A DNA stretch of 64,000 nt from Candidatus Moraniibacteriota bacterium (GTDB lineage Bacteria > Patescibacteriota > Minisyncoccia > Moranbacterales > DUUL01). A program made the position numbers and the translations under genes. Below the pieces are notes generated by a model. That model made no database searches. It was not told where the DNA came from and worked only from the letters and a program-made list of their open reading frames with translations. The DNA lies in contig JBFHIG010000002.1 of assembly GCA_041596615.1 (NCBI GenBank), positions 67,162-131,161 of the forward strand, read 5' to 3'. Positions 20,828 to 29,604 of this stretch are shown here, piece by piece. Position 1 is the stretch's first letter. Each line of letters opens with the position of its first letter.

Positions 20828-20931
20828 AGCTATTTATTAATAAAACAACTTAATTATACCAGATTCCCTTAATTTTGATATCAATAAAACTATAGAACTA
20901 TTGACATCAAAATGATGTCTCAGCTCAGCTC

Positions 20932-20960
20932 TTGACAAAATATAGATAGTATGCTATAGT
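20932..20960 (+). promoter_or_regulatory. consensus promoter with extended -10 (TTGACA, 17-nt spacer, TGcTATAGT)
   Basis: TTGACA at 20932-20937. TG at 20952-20953. TATAGT at 20955-20960. Confidence 0.55.
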
Positions 20961-20986
20961 AGTCAATAGTTCATTATATTTTTAGT

Positions 20987-21044
20987 GTTCCACATGGTGT
21001 GGAACTCACAACAAGTAGGGTCCCCCAAAGGACCCAGGAGGTCC
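20987..21044 (+). promoter_or_regulatory. structured 5' UTR with mutually exclusive hairpins around the SD of the nucleotidyltransferase gene
   Basis: GTTCCACA-tgg-TGTGGAAC (20987-21005). GGGTCC (21018-21023) or GGTCC (21040-21044) can each pair with GGACC(C) (21030-21035). The SD AGGAGG (21036-21041) sits between and inside the second pairing. Confidence 0.45.
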
Positions 21045-21046
21045 AA

Positions 21047-21613
21047 ATGAAGAGAATAGACGCAGTTAACTTGGCAGAAAAGATTACTAGAATCATGAAG
21101 TTATCAGCAAAGGAATACTTTTTTACATCCCTTATGGGAAAGACTAAATTTTTCGAATTTCTTGTTTTTGGATCGACTGCTAGAAAGTGTGATAGTGAGC
21201 AGGTTGGCGATCTTGATATGATTATTGTTGCAGATGGTTGTTTGCCAGATTCTTATGGCATAAACCACGTGGAAGAAGACTGGTATGGTGAATTGCATCA
21301 AAACATCACTGATGTTTTAGGTTGGATTCACTGTAGTGATATTTCGGATTACGAATTATCCACTCTTGTTGATGAAGTGCTTGATGAATTGTATTATACT
21401 GATTCAAGAGTCGATTTGCATATCCTTCCAATTGATCTTTTTAAGAATAAAGATTACAGGAAGAAGGCTTCGATGAAACATAAAGATCCAAATTTCTTTA
21501 AAAATTGTTTTTCCTCCATGATGAGATTCAGAAATGGTGAACAATTCGTCCCAGTTGGCGTTTCATACTTTGAATATAAGTATAAATGTGACCTGCGAGA
21601 CATAAAGAAATAG
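21047..21613 (+). CDS. stand-alone pol-beta superfamily nucleotidyltransferase
   Basis: ATG 21047 is preceded by AGGAGG; the track start at 20999 is upstream and unlikely. Motif FGSTARKCDSEQVGDLDMIIV (G-S-x9-D-x-D) plus a later acidic strand RVDLHILP. Confidence 0.6.
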   Translation: MKRIDAVNLAEKITRIMKLSAKEYFFTSLMGKTKFFEFLVFGSTARKCDSEQVGDLDMIIVADGCLPDSYGINHVEEDWYGELHQNITDVLGWIHCSDISDYELSTLVDEVLDELYYTDSRVDLHILPIDLFKNKDYRKKASMKHKDPNFFKNCFSSMMRFRNGEQFVPVGVSYFEYKYKCDLRDIKK

Positions 21614-21758
21614 TTTCATTTTTCTGCTGAATAAAAGAGAACCCTAGTAAAAATTGTTAGAAAAAGAATCACCACCAAAGCACTAAGAGAAAGTCCCTGG
21701 CATGACAAAAAACTACCAAGTCGATGTTGCTCAATAATAGTTATTGAGGTAAACCTAC

Positions 21759-21794
21759 ATCGCCCGTTGTATCACAATTGGCGATTTTTTTTTG
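21759..21794 (+). terminator. intrinsic terminator
   Basis: ATCGCC...GGCGAT followed by T9. Confidence 0.6.
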
Positions 21795-21932
21795 AAAAAA
21801 TTCTTCTAAACACTTTCAATTGTATAAAACCACTTTATTCTATATAATAAAAATATTGAAATAATCAACCGTCTTAGCTTAAATGCATAAAAAGGAGCTT
21901 TTTATTGCATTTTTAAACTTCACAAGGCCAAA

Positions 21933-23087
21933 ATGCGAAAAATACTTTTTCTAAATTATGAATATCCTCCTCTTGGTGGAGGTGCAGCAAATGCAACAAT
22001 GCATCTTTTGCGGGAATATTCAAAATATAGCGATATAGAAGTTGATTTGGTCACTTCGGCAATCGGAAAAGAAAAAGAAATAGAAAAGGTTGGTGACAAC
22101 ATAACAATCCATCGCCTGCCTATTGGAAAAAAAGAGGGTAAATTAGATTTTCAATCTCAAAAAGATTTATTAATCTATTCTTGGCATGCTTATTTTTTCT
22201 CCAGGAAACTAGCAAAAAAGAAAAATTATGATTTAACTCACAGTTTTTTCACGGTCCCTTGTGGCTTTCTTTCTTTTCTTCTGAGATTAGAATTTAAAAT
22301 TCCCTACATTGTTTCTTTGCGAGGATCAGATGTCCCTGGATACAACGAGCGTTTCAATTTCATCTATACCTTTATTCGCCCCTTAGCCCGTCTAATTTGG
22401 AAAAAGGCCAAGTTCTCGGTCAGCAACAGCACAGATCTAACCGACCTTGCACAAAAAAGCTCTTTCTTGCAAAAATTTCTAGAAATACCAAATGGGGTTG
22501 ACACTAGCTATTATACGCCCGGAAAAAGAACTGCCGAGGATAAACAAAAAGAGTTTATCATTCTTTGCGCCGCTCGGTTAACCAAAAGAAAGGGTTTCAA
22601 CTATGCAATCTCGGCCTTTTCGGAAATTGAACAAAAATATCCTTGGGCCAAAATGATTCTTGCGGGTGGTGAAGGAAACGCCATGACAGAACTCAAAGAA
22701 CAAGCAAAAGAGTTGGGACTCGAAAAAAAGATTCTGTTCACAGGAAACTACACAAAAAAAGAAGCCCCTGGAATTTATCACAAAGCAGATGTTTTTGTGA
22801 TGCCATCGCTTAATGAGGGAATGAGCAATAATCTCCTGGAAGCTATGTCTGCTGGACTGCCAGTTTTAATGACACCAACTGGCGGAGCAGAAGATTTAGT
22901 ACAAGAAGAAGAAAATGGTTTTATCATAAAAATGCAGGACTCAAAAGAAATTGCTGAAAAACTCAGTTTCTTAATTGAAAATCCCAAGGCATGCTCTCGC
23001 CTAGGACAAAATAGCAGAAAAATAGCAACAACAATGAGCTGGTCTAATGTTGCAGAAAAATATCGCAACTTATATAAACAAATCTAA
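21933..23087 (+). CDS. glycosyltransferase family 4 (GT-B, retaining)
   Basis: YPPLGGGAANA N-terminus. C-terminal E-x7-E region PSLNEGMSNNLLEAMSAGLPVLMTPTGGAEDLV. Confidence 0.85.
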   Translation: MRKILFLNYEYPPLGGGAANATMHLLREYSKYSDIEVDLVTSAIGKEKEIEKVGDNITIHRLPIGKKEGKLDFQSQKDLLIYSWHAYFFSRKLAKKKNYDLTHSFFTVPCGFLSFLLRLEFKIPYIVSLRGSDVPGYNERFNFIYTFIRPLARLIWKKAKFSVSNSTDLTDLAQKSSFLQKFLEIPNGVDTSYYTPGKRTAEDKQKEFIILCAARLTKRKGFNYAISAFSEIEQKYPWAKMILAGGEGNAMTELKEQAKELGLEKKILFTGNYTKKEAPGIYHKADVFVMPSLNEGMSNNLLEAMSAGLPVLMTPTGGAEDLVQEEENGFIIKMQDSKEIAEKLSFLIENPKACSRLGQNSRKIATTMSWSNVAEKYRNLYKQI

Positions 23088-24031
23088 TGACCAAAAAGAT
23101 TCTTGTTAAATTTTTAAAAATATTGGTAAGTGTTTTGCTGGTAATCTGGTTGATTTTCTCTATTAATTGGATTGATGTTTTGACCACACTAAAAGAAGTA
23201 AAAATAATTTTTCTTGCCTGGTTTTTATTTTTTTATTTCGCTGGCACAGTAGTTTCTGCATATAAATGGAAAAAATTATCTTTTTTTGAAGGGTTTTCAT
23301 TCCCTTTTTTATTTTTCTTTAAAACTTATTTGTTTGGGACTCTTTTAAACAACTTCTTCCCCTCCACTATTGGAGGAGATACTTTTAGGTCATATGAGTT
23401 GGGAAAAAAAGATAAAAGATTCAAGGAAAGTTCTAGTACGGTTGTGGCTGATAGAATCACGGGTCTTCTGAGTTTGCTTTTTCTGGCAGTTTTATTTGGA
23501 GCAATTCACGTTATTGTGCAAAAAGAGTACAATTTTTACCTTTATATTGTAGCTGGGATGGCAACAAGCTTAGCCCTAGCGCTTTTTTTTATCTATTTTT
23601 TCCATACCAAAGCAATTCAATGCCTCTTGAAAATTCTTCCTGCTATAGTGAAAGACTATTTTCATAAAATAATATCCTACCGCAAACCAGAAATTGCATT
23701 TCAATCTGTTTTATGGTCGGTTATTTTTTCTTTCGTAGGTTTGGCTATGGCAAACTACGTTTTGTTTTTGTCGGTGGGAATTCAATTGGGATTGTTAAAT
23801 TATCTTAGTGTTATTTTTTTTATTAGCATAGCATCTTCGGCACCGATTAGCATCGGAAATATAGGAGTAAAAGAGTGGGCTTATATAACCTTTTTTGGAC
23901 TTTTTGGGGTCACTTCTAGTACCGCCGTTGTTGTAGTTCTTCTTAGTCGAACTATTCAACTCCTAGCCGGTTTAATGTTTCTACCCCTATATCTTAAAGA
24001 ACTTAGGACAAAAAAACACTCTAGCAACTAG
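23087..24031 (+). CDS. flippase-like / LPG-synthase-TM (UPF0104) family membrane protein
   Basis: The start overlaps the GT4 stop (TAATG). About 8 TM segments. Signature FFPSTIGGDTFRSYELGKK. Confidence 0.6.
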   Translation: MTKKILVKFLKILVSVLLVIWLIFSINWIDVLTTLKEVKIIFLAWFLFFYFAGTVVSAYKWKKLSFFEGFSFPFLFFFKTYLFGTLLNNFFPSTIGGDTFRSYELGKKDKRFKESSSTVVADRITGLLSLLFLAVLFGAIHVIVQKEYNFYLYIVAGMATSLALALFFIYFFHTKAIQCLLKILPAIVKDYFHKIISYRKPEIAFQSVLWSVIFSFVGLAMANYVLFLSVGIQLGLLNYLSVIFFISIASSAPISIGNIGVKEWAYITFFGLFGVTSSTAVVVVLLSRTIQLLAGLMFLPLYLKELRTKKHSSN

Positions 24032-24059
24032 AGAGTTTTTTAAAAAAGCAAAAATATTG

Positions 24060-26348
24060 CTATTCTTGATTTTCTTTTTCATAAACAACAACTGCTTTTC
24101 CATCAATGACTCTAATAAAGTTCTCTTTTCTATTTCCAGGAGTAATTTGGAACAAAAAGTCTGGTGTTTCATATAAACGATCAAGTCTGAAGTTATAATT
24201 TGGATTTCCGTCTAGTCTGTGCAATATCGTGCGTGTTGAGCGCTCTTTACGACCATTTGAAATAATATAATAATCAAAATATGGGCCCTCTTTGATAAAT
24301 TTAGCACGACTAATTGCGCTACTACATCTGCCTACAAATAAAGCGCAAACACCATCATTATCTGACCAAACATTAAGCTTCTGTGCATCAATCATTGAAT
24401 TAAGAAACTCTGCCACTTGATAATTTCCATCACCCATATCTTTTGGATTAACAATAAAGGGTTCTGGCAGAAACTCACTGTTATAACTAAAAAAGAAAGG
24501 CTTAATATTCCATAAAGTAAAAACCTGGAAAACCAATACCAGCGAAATTGCTACCCAAGAAAAAACTTTCTTCTGGTGCTTGTTTTTTTTGAAAAATTGC
24601 TCAGCCAAAGTTTCTGCCAACCAAATAATTCCGATTCCCGACAACAATAAAGCCAAGGGATAGATAATTATTTGGTAACGAATAATCGGTCCCACTGAAC
24701 TATATCCAGACCCTGCATAATAGATGATACAAAAAAGACAAACTTGCCAAAAAACAATCACCCTCCAAGAGATATTTTTTTTCACTATGTTCCAAATTGA
24801 GAGAAAAAGCCCTGCTAATAGTCCCAGAGAGGCTATAGGTGAGATAGAAAAGAATAGCACATAGAATCCTGCAGAGAAAGCTTGAAGAGAACCAAAATGA
24901 GCATCTCTCCAGAATGATTTTGGAGAAGACAGGCCTGTTTGAAAATCAACCAGTGGCATTCCTGAATAAGTATTCCAGAAAGCAAATAGGCTAGCCAAAA
25001 GAAAAATTACTGGCACAAGCAGCAAAATGGAAAAACGAAATTTTCTTTTCGTCTCAAGCACAAAACCCACCATACGAGAATTAAGAAAGGCCAAATCAGC
25101 TATCACAAGCATGACAACAAATACAAAAGGCTTCCAGATTGGCAAAAAAGGTTCACTCAAAATTGTGCCGATTAGAATTCTGTCCAATTTGACCCAGGTT
25201 CCAGGATACAAAATATAAAAAACCGTAATAGCAATAAAAACCAGCGTTGCATAATCGAGCAATTTTTCACGCATAAAGTTTGCTATTTTTTTATCATTTT
25301 TTTCTTTCAAAATAAAACTTGTAAAGACGGAAAGAAAAAAGAAAATGATCAGCAAATTCGAAATATATTTGGTCAGCAATCCTAATCCCAGAAAAAGTCC
25401 TGTGAGATAAAGCCAAAAAAGACTGTTCTTTTTTTCATATACCAGGTAACAAAAAAATGATAAAGGCATAAAAACATAAATAAGTGCATCAGGATTTATG
25501 ATATGGCTTATTCCCATTAGAATTGGGGACAAGGCAATAAAAGCTGTCGCAGTAAGTGCTGTTTTTTCTTCTGTAAGCTTTCTAATGACCCAGAAAAAAA
25601 CCAACAACATCAAGGTATCAAAAATAACCACTGGCAAACGCATCACAAAAAGCATGTGCAGAAGAGCTTGTTTATCATGTGTGTTTTCAAAAAAGCTCGA
25701 AGGTGTTTCCCAAATAAGTCCAATCCCCGAGATAATAGCCAGAGTTACTCCTGGTTTATCGCTTGGACGAGTTTTAATCCAGTCTCGATTTTTTATATTT
25801 TTCCAATAATCTTCGATACGACTTTCGCCTCCATAAGTCCAAAGCCTTTCATCAGAATAAGCTTCTTTGTTTAAATTAAAAAGACCAAACCAGAAATGAA
25901 TTATTATTACTGCAACCAAAACACCAAAAATCCAAAGATTTTTTGATTTTTTAGTCTTTTTATCGTCTTTTAATAAGACTGTTTTTTTTTCACTATTTCT
26001 TTTTTGATGTCTCTTGATTATCAAGTAATAACCTAGAGCAAACACCCAAATTGCAGTCAAAATATTAAAAACATAATGCATTCCTGGCTCAGTTTGAGTG
26101 CCAATTAAAAGAATGATTTCTGCGGCTAGAGTGTAAAGAAAGAATTTAGTTGCTTTTATTCTCCCTTTTTCCCAAAAGAAAATTAATGAGCCTAAAGAAA
26201 TGGCAAATATCAAATAGAAAACAATGAAATAAGCATCAAAAAAACGATGGTAAAAGCTCTTAAACCATGCGCTTGAGATCAAAACACTGCTAACAAAAAA
26301 AATCCAAGCAGAAATGACTGGAAGTTGTTTGTGATAATTAAATTTCAT
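24060..26348 (-). CDS. GT39/ArnT-like (GT-C) polytopic glycosyltransferase
   Basis: 762 aa with more than 12 TM segments. First extracytoplasmic loop has an acidic motif (YSDERLWTYGG ... SDKPGVTLAI). C-terminal soluble domain. Confidence 0.6.
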   Translation of the reverse strand: MKFNYHKQLPVISAWIFFVSSVLISSAWFKSFYHRFFDAYFIVFYLIFAISLGSLIFFWEKGRIKATKFFLYTLAAEIILLIGTQTEPGMHYVFNILTAIWVFALGYYLIIKRHQKRNSEKKTVLLKDDKKTKKSKNLWIFGVLVAVIIIHFWFGLFNLNKEAYSDERLWTYGGESRIEDYWKNIKNRDWIKTRPSDKPGVTLAIISGIGLIWETPSSFFENTHDKQALLHMLFVMRLPVVIFDTLMLLVFFWVIRKLTEEKTALTATAFIALSPILMGISHIINPDALIYVFMPLSFFCYLVYEKKNSLFWLYLTGLFLGLGLLTKYISNLLIIFFFLSVFTSFILKEKNDKKIANFMREKLLDYATLVFIAITVFYILYPGTWVKLDRILIGTILSEPFLPIWKPFVFVVMLVIADLAFLNSRMVGFVLETKRKFRFSILLLVPVIFLLASLFAFWNTYSGMPLVDFQTGLSSPKSFWRDAHFGSLQAFSAGFYVLFFSISPIASLGLLAGLFLSIWNIVKKNISWRVIVFWQVCLFCIIYYAGSGYSSVGPIIRYQIIIYPLALLLSGIGIIWLAETLAEQFFKKNKHQKKVFSWVAISLVLVFQVFTLWNIKPFFFSYNSEFLPEPFIVNPKDMGDGNYQVAEFLNSMIDAQKLNVWSDNDGVCALFVGRCSSAISRAKFIKEGPYFDYYIISNGRKERSTRTILHRLDGNPNYNFRLDRLYETPDFLFQITPGNRKENFIRVIDGKAVVVYEKENQE

Positions 26349-26440
26349 ATTTCCTCTTAACTTATTGTTCTTCTATTATATCCAGTTTGTGGAAATAAGG
26401 AAAGAGTTGGTTTTCGGTTTTTATTATACAATCGCTTTTA

Positions 26441-26490
26441 TAAAATAAAAACCAGTCACATGTGTTTTGGGAAACTTTTATGTGACTGGT
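26441..26490 (-). terminator. intrinsic terminator
   Basis: ACCAGTCACAT...ATGTGACTGGT (11 bp). The T-run TTTTATTTTA follows on the minus strand. Confidence 0.65.
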
Positions 26491-26528
26491 CTATTTCTTT
26501 AAAATTTTGAGGTAATTTTCAAACAACG

Positions 26529-27332
26529 CTACTGATTTAACTTTGATTCACCAGTTATCCAGTCGTGGAAAGTTGGAAAATTTTTCCCTATCTTAGCCAG
26601 AAATGCCTTACCATGACCAATACTCGTGTTCATCTTTCTCCCTTCTGCACAAAATGGGCAATGTATGGTTGGGTCGACCCCTTCTGGCACATCATAGTTG
26701 GCCGCCTTGATTGAAAGAAGTGCGCCAGTCTCATCTGCTTGGAATTCTTCCCCCAAAACAGGCAAACCGGGGTTATTGTCGCTCAAGCGATCACAAACCA
26801 CCCAACAAATCAAAGCTTGTGTTCCAGAGTCACGGACAAATTTCCCACACCGCACTAAACTTCCTCCAGTATTTATCACATCCTCTATCAATGCAAGCCT
26901 TGCTCCCTTGGCATAATCACCGTTGTCCTTATACCAGGAAAAACCATCTTTTCCCTCTTTCATAAGTTTAAGGTTTCTGATTTCTTCCCCTGAAAAAAGG
27001 CTGTAGAAAAGCGCCACCTGTGAAGCCAGCACATCTGCTCCATAAGGAACTGCCACAATTGCGTCTGGCTTGAATCCTGAAATATGGATTTCGTAAGCCA
27101 TTTGCATTGCAACCGGGATGAGCTGGAAAGCGTTAAGCCCTTTGATGTTCACATACACGTCACCGTGACCACCCTTGGTGTAGACAAAGTGATCTCGATC
27201 AATGACGACTCCCTTCCTTTTCAGATACCTTTTAAGCCCGCCTTTAACCTTCATGGCGTCTATGTAGGTTAGCGCCAAAAAACCAACCATAGCAAAAACA
27301 ATCTCTCTAGGAATAGCTTTGAATTTTTTCAT
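26529..27332 (-). CDS. type I phosphoribosyltransferase (OPRT-like) with C-terminal Cys/His cluster
   Basis: PRPP-binding loop LALIEDVINTGGSL. C-terminal HCPFCAEG...GHG. Confidence 0.55.
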   Translation of the reverse strand: MKKFKAIPREIVFAMVGFLALTYIDAMKVKGGLKRYLKRKGVVIDRDHFVYTKGGHGDVYVNIKGLNAFQLIPVAMQMAYEIHISGFKPDAIVAVPYGADVLASQVALFYSLFSGEEIRNLKLMKEGKDGFSWYKDNGDYAKGARLALIEDVINTGGSLVRCGKFVRDSGTQALICWVVCDRLSDNNPGLPVLGEEFQADETGALLSIKAANYDVPEGVDPTIHCPFCAEGRKMNTSIGHGKAFLAKIGKNFPTFHDWITGESKLNQ

Positions 27333-27548
27333 TTGCGTTTTCTCCTCTTTTGTTGGAATAATTCATGAGAAACACTCATTTTTACTCATCTTATAAACAA
27401 ATCTTTCTGATAACTTCCTCCGTTCACTTTGAGGTTAAAAAAACAAAACATTTTAGTTGCCTTGTTTTCTGATGTAAAAGAACCTTTTTTGTTTCAATGT
27501 CAATCTAGCAGTTTGTTTTGGAGTAGTCAATGGAAAAGCAACAAAAAA

Positions 27549-27576
27549 ACGCTGGAAGTTAATTATTTTCCAGCGT
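27549..27576. terminator. bidirectional hairpin terminator
   Basis: ACGCTGGAA...TTCCAGCGT, flanked by an A-run and a T-run. Confidence 0.6.
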
Positions 27577-27593
27577 CTTTTTATTTTTTGCTA

Positions 27594-28760
27594 TTATTTA
27601 TTTTTTTTAATACTTCCATACGCCAGCCTAGAAACAGCCCCAATACTAACCAGCGTAAAGACTGCGCACAACAACCAGCCGATAAGAGGGATAAACCAAA
27701 CGATTTTCATCACAACCACACCAACCACCACTTCTTGCCACCCAACCTCATAGTCCTTTTCTTTTTTCAATATTTTAAGCAACAAACTTCCTAAAACAAT
27801 GCTTGCTATTATCAAAGATAATGTAAGCAATAAAGCATACAGAAGGAAAAACAGTCCTGCTAAATAAAGTCCGACGACTGTAATGGCTAAAATAATTCCA
27901 ATAATCGGGGCTAGAAATAAAACCGCGAAACCCACGCCCATATTTCCCCATACATTTTTCAAACTTTCAATCACAACACTTTTGACAAGTTTGTTAAAAA
28001 TATACACCAGTGCCAAACCGACCACAACACAGGTTATTATATCAAACAACAGAAGGGTAACTAATGCACCAAATATTCCACTCGCTACTGAAGATTTATC
28101 AACTTTATTTATTTCTCTTTGATTAAAATCTACCTTTCCCAATATTTTGGCATCCTTGTGAATCTGAGCTTTTTTTGGTGAAGTATATTTTATATCTTTT
28201 GCAATTTCAGCTGTCTCCCCGATTGTCAAGCTGTCAACCATAATCTTCACTTGCCCCTCCATTTTGTTATTGATGGTCACTTTTCCACCACCGATGGAGA
28301 CATTCCCAACAACTGGGCCTTCGATATCAACTGTTCCGCCTCCGACAATAAGATCGCCCTTTACTGTTGCTGTTTTTGCCAACAAAACATTTCCACCTGC
28401 AATAAATAAATCCTCTGCTATCTCTCCTTGGACAATCACAGTTCCTCCTGCGACATGAACATTATTTCCCACATCTCCTTTGATAGTGATTGTTCCTCCA
28501 GCTCCAGCGAAATTATTCTCAACATCGCTTTCGATAGTTATTACATTTCCTGCGGTATATAAATCATTCTTAACTTCACCATCAATTGAAACAATATTTC
28601 CTGCGGTATATAAATTTTTTACTGATTCGTCTTTACTAACATTGATATTTTGGCCTTCTTTGGCAACTCGAAATTCAGCGGCTCTTGCAAAGACAACACT
28701 TAAAGAAAATAAAACAATCAGACTACCAAGGAATGCGAAAACAATTTTTTTTGATTTCAT
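27594..28760 (-). CDS. bactofilin-like beta-helix repeat protein with N-terminal signal/anchor and C-terminal multi-TM domain
   Basis: MKSKKIVFAFLGSLIVLFSLSVVFARA. Then repeated G-x-V/I motifs (LYTAGNVITIESDV, AGAGGTITIKGDV, VHVAGGTVIVQGEI, LFIAGGNVLL, LIVGGGTVDIEGPV, VSIGGGKVTI). Then about 4 TM helices. Confidence 0.55.
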   Translation of the reverse strand: MKSKKIVFAFLGSLIVLFSLSVVFARAAEFRVAKEGQNINVSKDESVKNLYTAGNIVSIDGEVKNDLYTAGNVITIESDVENNFAGAGGTITIKGDVGNNVHVAGGTVIVQGEIAEDLFIAGGNVLLAKTATVKGDLIVGGGTVDIEGPVVGNVSIGGGKVTINNKMEGQVKIMVDSLTIGETAEIAKDIKYTSPKKAQIHKDAKILGKVDFNQREINKVDKSSVASGIFGALVTLLLFDIITCVVVGLALVYIFNKLVKSVVIESLKNVWGNMGVGFAVLFLAPIIGIILAITVVGLYLAGLFFLLYALLLTLSLIIASIVLGSLLLKILKKEKDYEVGWQEVVVGVVVMKIVWFIPLIGWLLCAVFTLVSIGAVSRLAYGSIKKNK

Positions 28761-29082
28761 AATTTTAAATTTAAAAATTATCCATTCCCCCTCTTTTTAC
28801 TCAAAGAGTAAAGACGACTAAAATTACCCTTATGTCGATGATTGTTTTTAATTGTTATGCTTTAATTTTAGCATGAAATGAAAATGATTGTAATGATTTT
28901 TGTGTTGAAAAGAGATAATGATTTAATTCAAAGCTTAAGGTTGATATTTTCGAAATTACTTTTTTCGTTATTTTTAAAAAAGCCCGAGCGATAAACTCAG
29001 AATAGCTCAATTAAAAAATATGACTAACACAAATAACTATAATTCAAAAGACAGCTTTCCTAGAAAAGCTGTCTTAGCGCTG

Positions 29083-29113
29083 GTCCGAGTTTGTAACTCG
29101 GACTTTTTATTTT
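29083..29113 (+). terminator. intrinsic terminator
   Basis: GTCCGAGT-ttgta-ACTCGGAC plus TTTTTATTTT. It is preceded by a second hairpin, AGACAGCTTT...AAAGCTGTCT (29049-29074). Confidence 0.6.
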
Positions 29114-29180
29114 AAGACACAAAAATCGAATAGCACAATTCTTATTACTTTACAATCGAGTTCTAATCTTAACCAATCTT

Positions 29181-29331
29181 CTAGCGTCGCCCTTGAGGGC
29201 TCCTTGTCCAGACACGTCGCTCGCGAGCGACGTGTCCAGGGTAGCGCCAAGTCCTCCCTCGCTCGGACCTGTCGGCATTCGCTACGCTTATTTTTTGCTA
29301 AAAATAAGCTACCTCATTGCTACCCGTTCGA
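29181..29331. other. GC-rich structured element of unknown class (candidate ncRNA or protein-binding palindrome)
   Basis: A 26-nt perfect palindrome GACACGTCGCTCGCGAGCGACGTGTC (29211-29236). GCCC-ttga-GGGC. GGGTAGC (29239-29245) can pair with CGCTAC (29280-29285) or with GCTACCC (29319-29325). GCTTATTTTT-tgct-AAAAATAAGC (29286-29309). Confidence 0.5.
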
Positions 29332-29352
29332 TTCTCTATTGGTATAAATAAA

Positions 29353-29386
29353 AACAAGAGACACCTCGTTAAAGGTGTCTCTTGTT
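29353..29386. terminator. bidirectional terminator after tRNA-Glu
   Basis: AACAAGAGACACC-tcgttaaa-GGTGTCTCTTGTT, with T-rich flanks on both strands. Confidence 0.7.
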
Positions 29387-29394
29387 TTTATTCG

Positions 29395-29466
29395 TAGCCC
29401 GTAGGGGAATCGAACCCCTGTTACCAGGATGAAAACCTGACGTCCTAACCACTAGACGAACGGGCC
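29395..29466 (-). tRNA. tRNA-Glu (anticodon UUC)
   Basis: Reverse complement: GGCCCGT TC GTCT AGTGGTTA GGAC G TCAGG TTTTCAT CCTGG TAAC AGGGG TTCGATT CCCCT ACGGGCT A. The cloverleaf was folded by hand. CCA is not encoded. Confidence 0.9.
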
Positions 29467-29604
29467 AAAATATATTGTTCGCTACAAAAGAGACTCTATC
29501 ATATTTTTTTGGACTTGACAAGCGTTTATGGAACTGTAAACTAAAAAAATGTTTCGTAGAATTTAATTGTCTATGAATTTACCGCAAATAGGCCTAGTAA
29601 AAAA

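Noticed and set aside
21676-21705. GAGAAAGTCCCTGGC resembles the RNase P RNA CR-I/P4 motif (GGAAAGUCCGGGC).
   Set aside because: Only about 130 nt of AT-rich sequence separates it from the terminator at 21759-21794. The matching 3' P4 strand (ACAGAA..GGCUUA) and the other conserved regions are absent. The segment is too short and too AT-rich for RNase P RNA.
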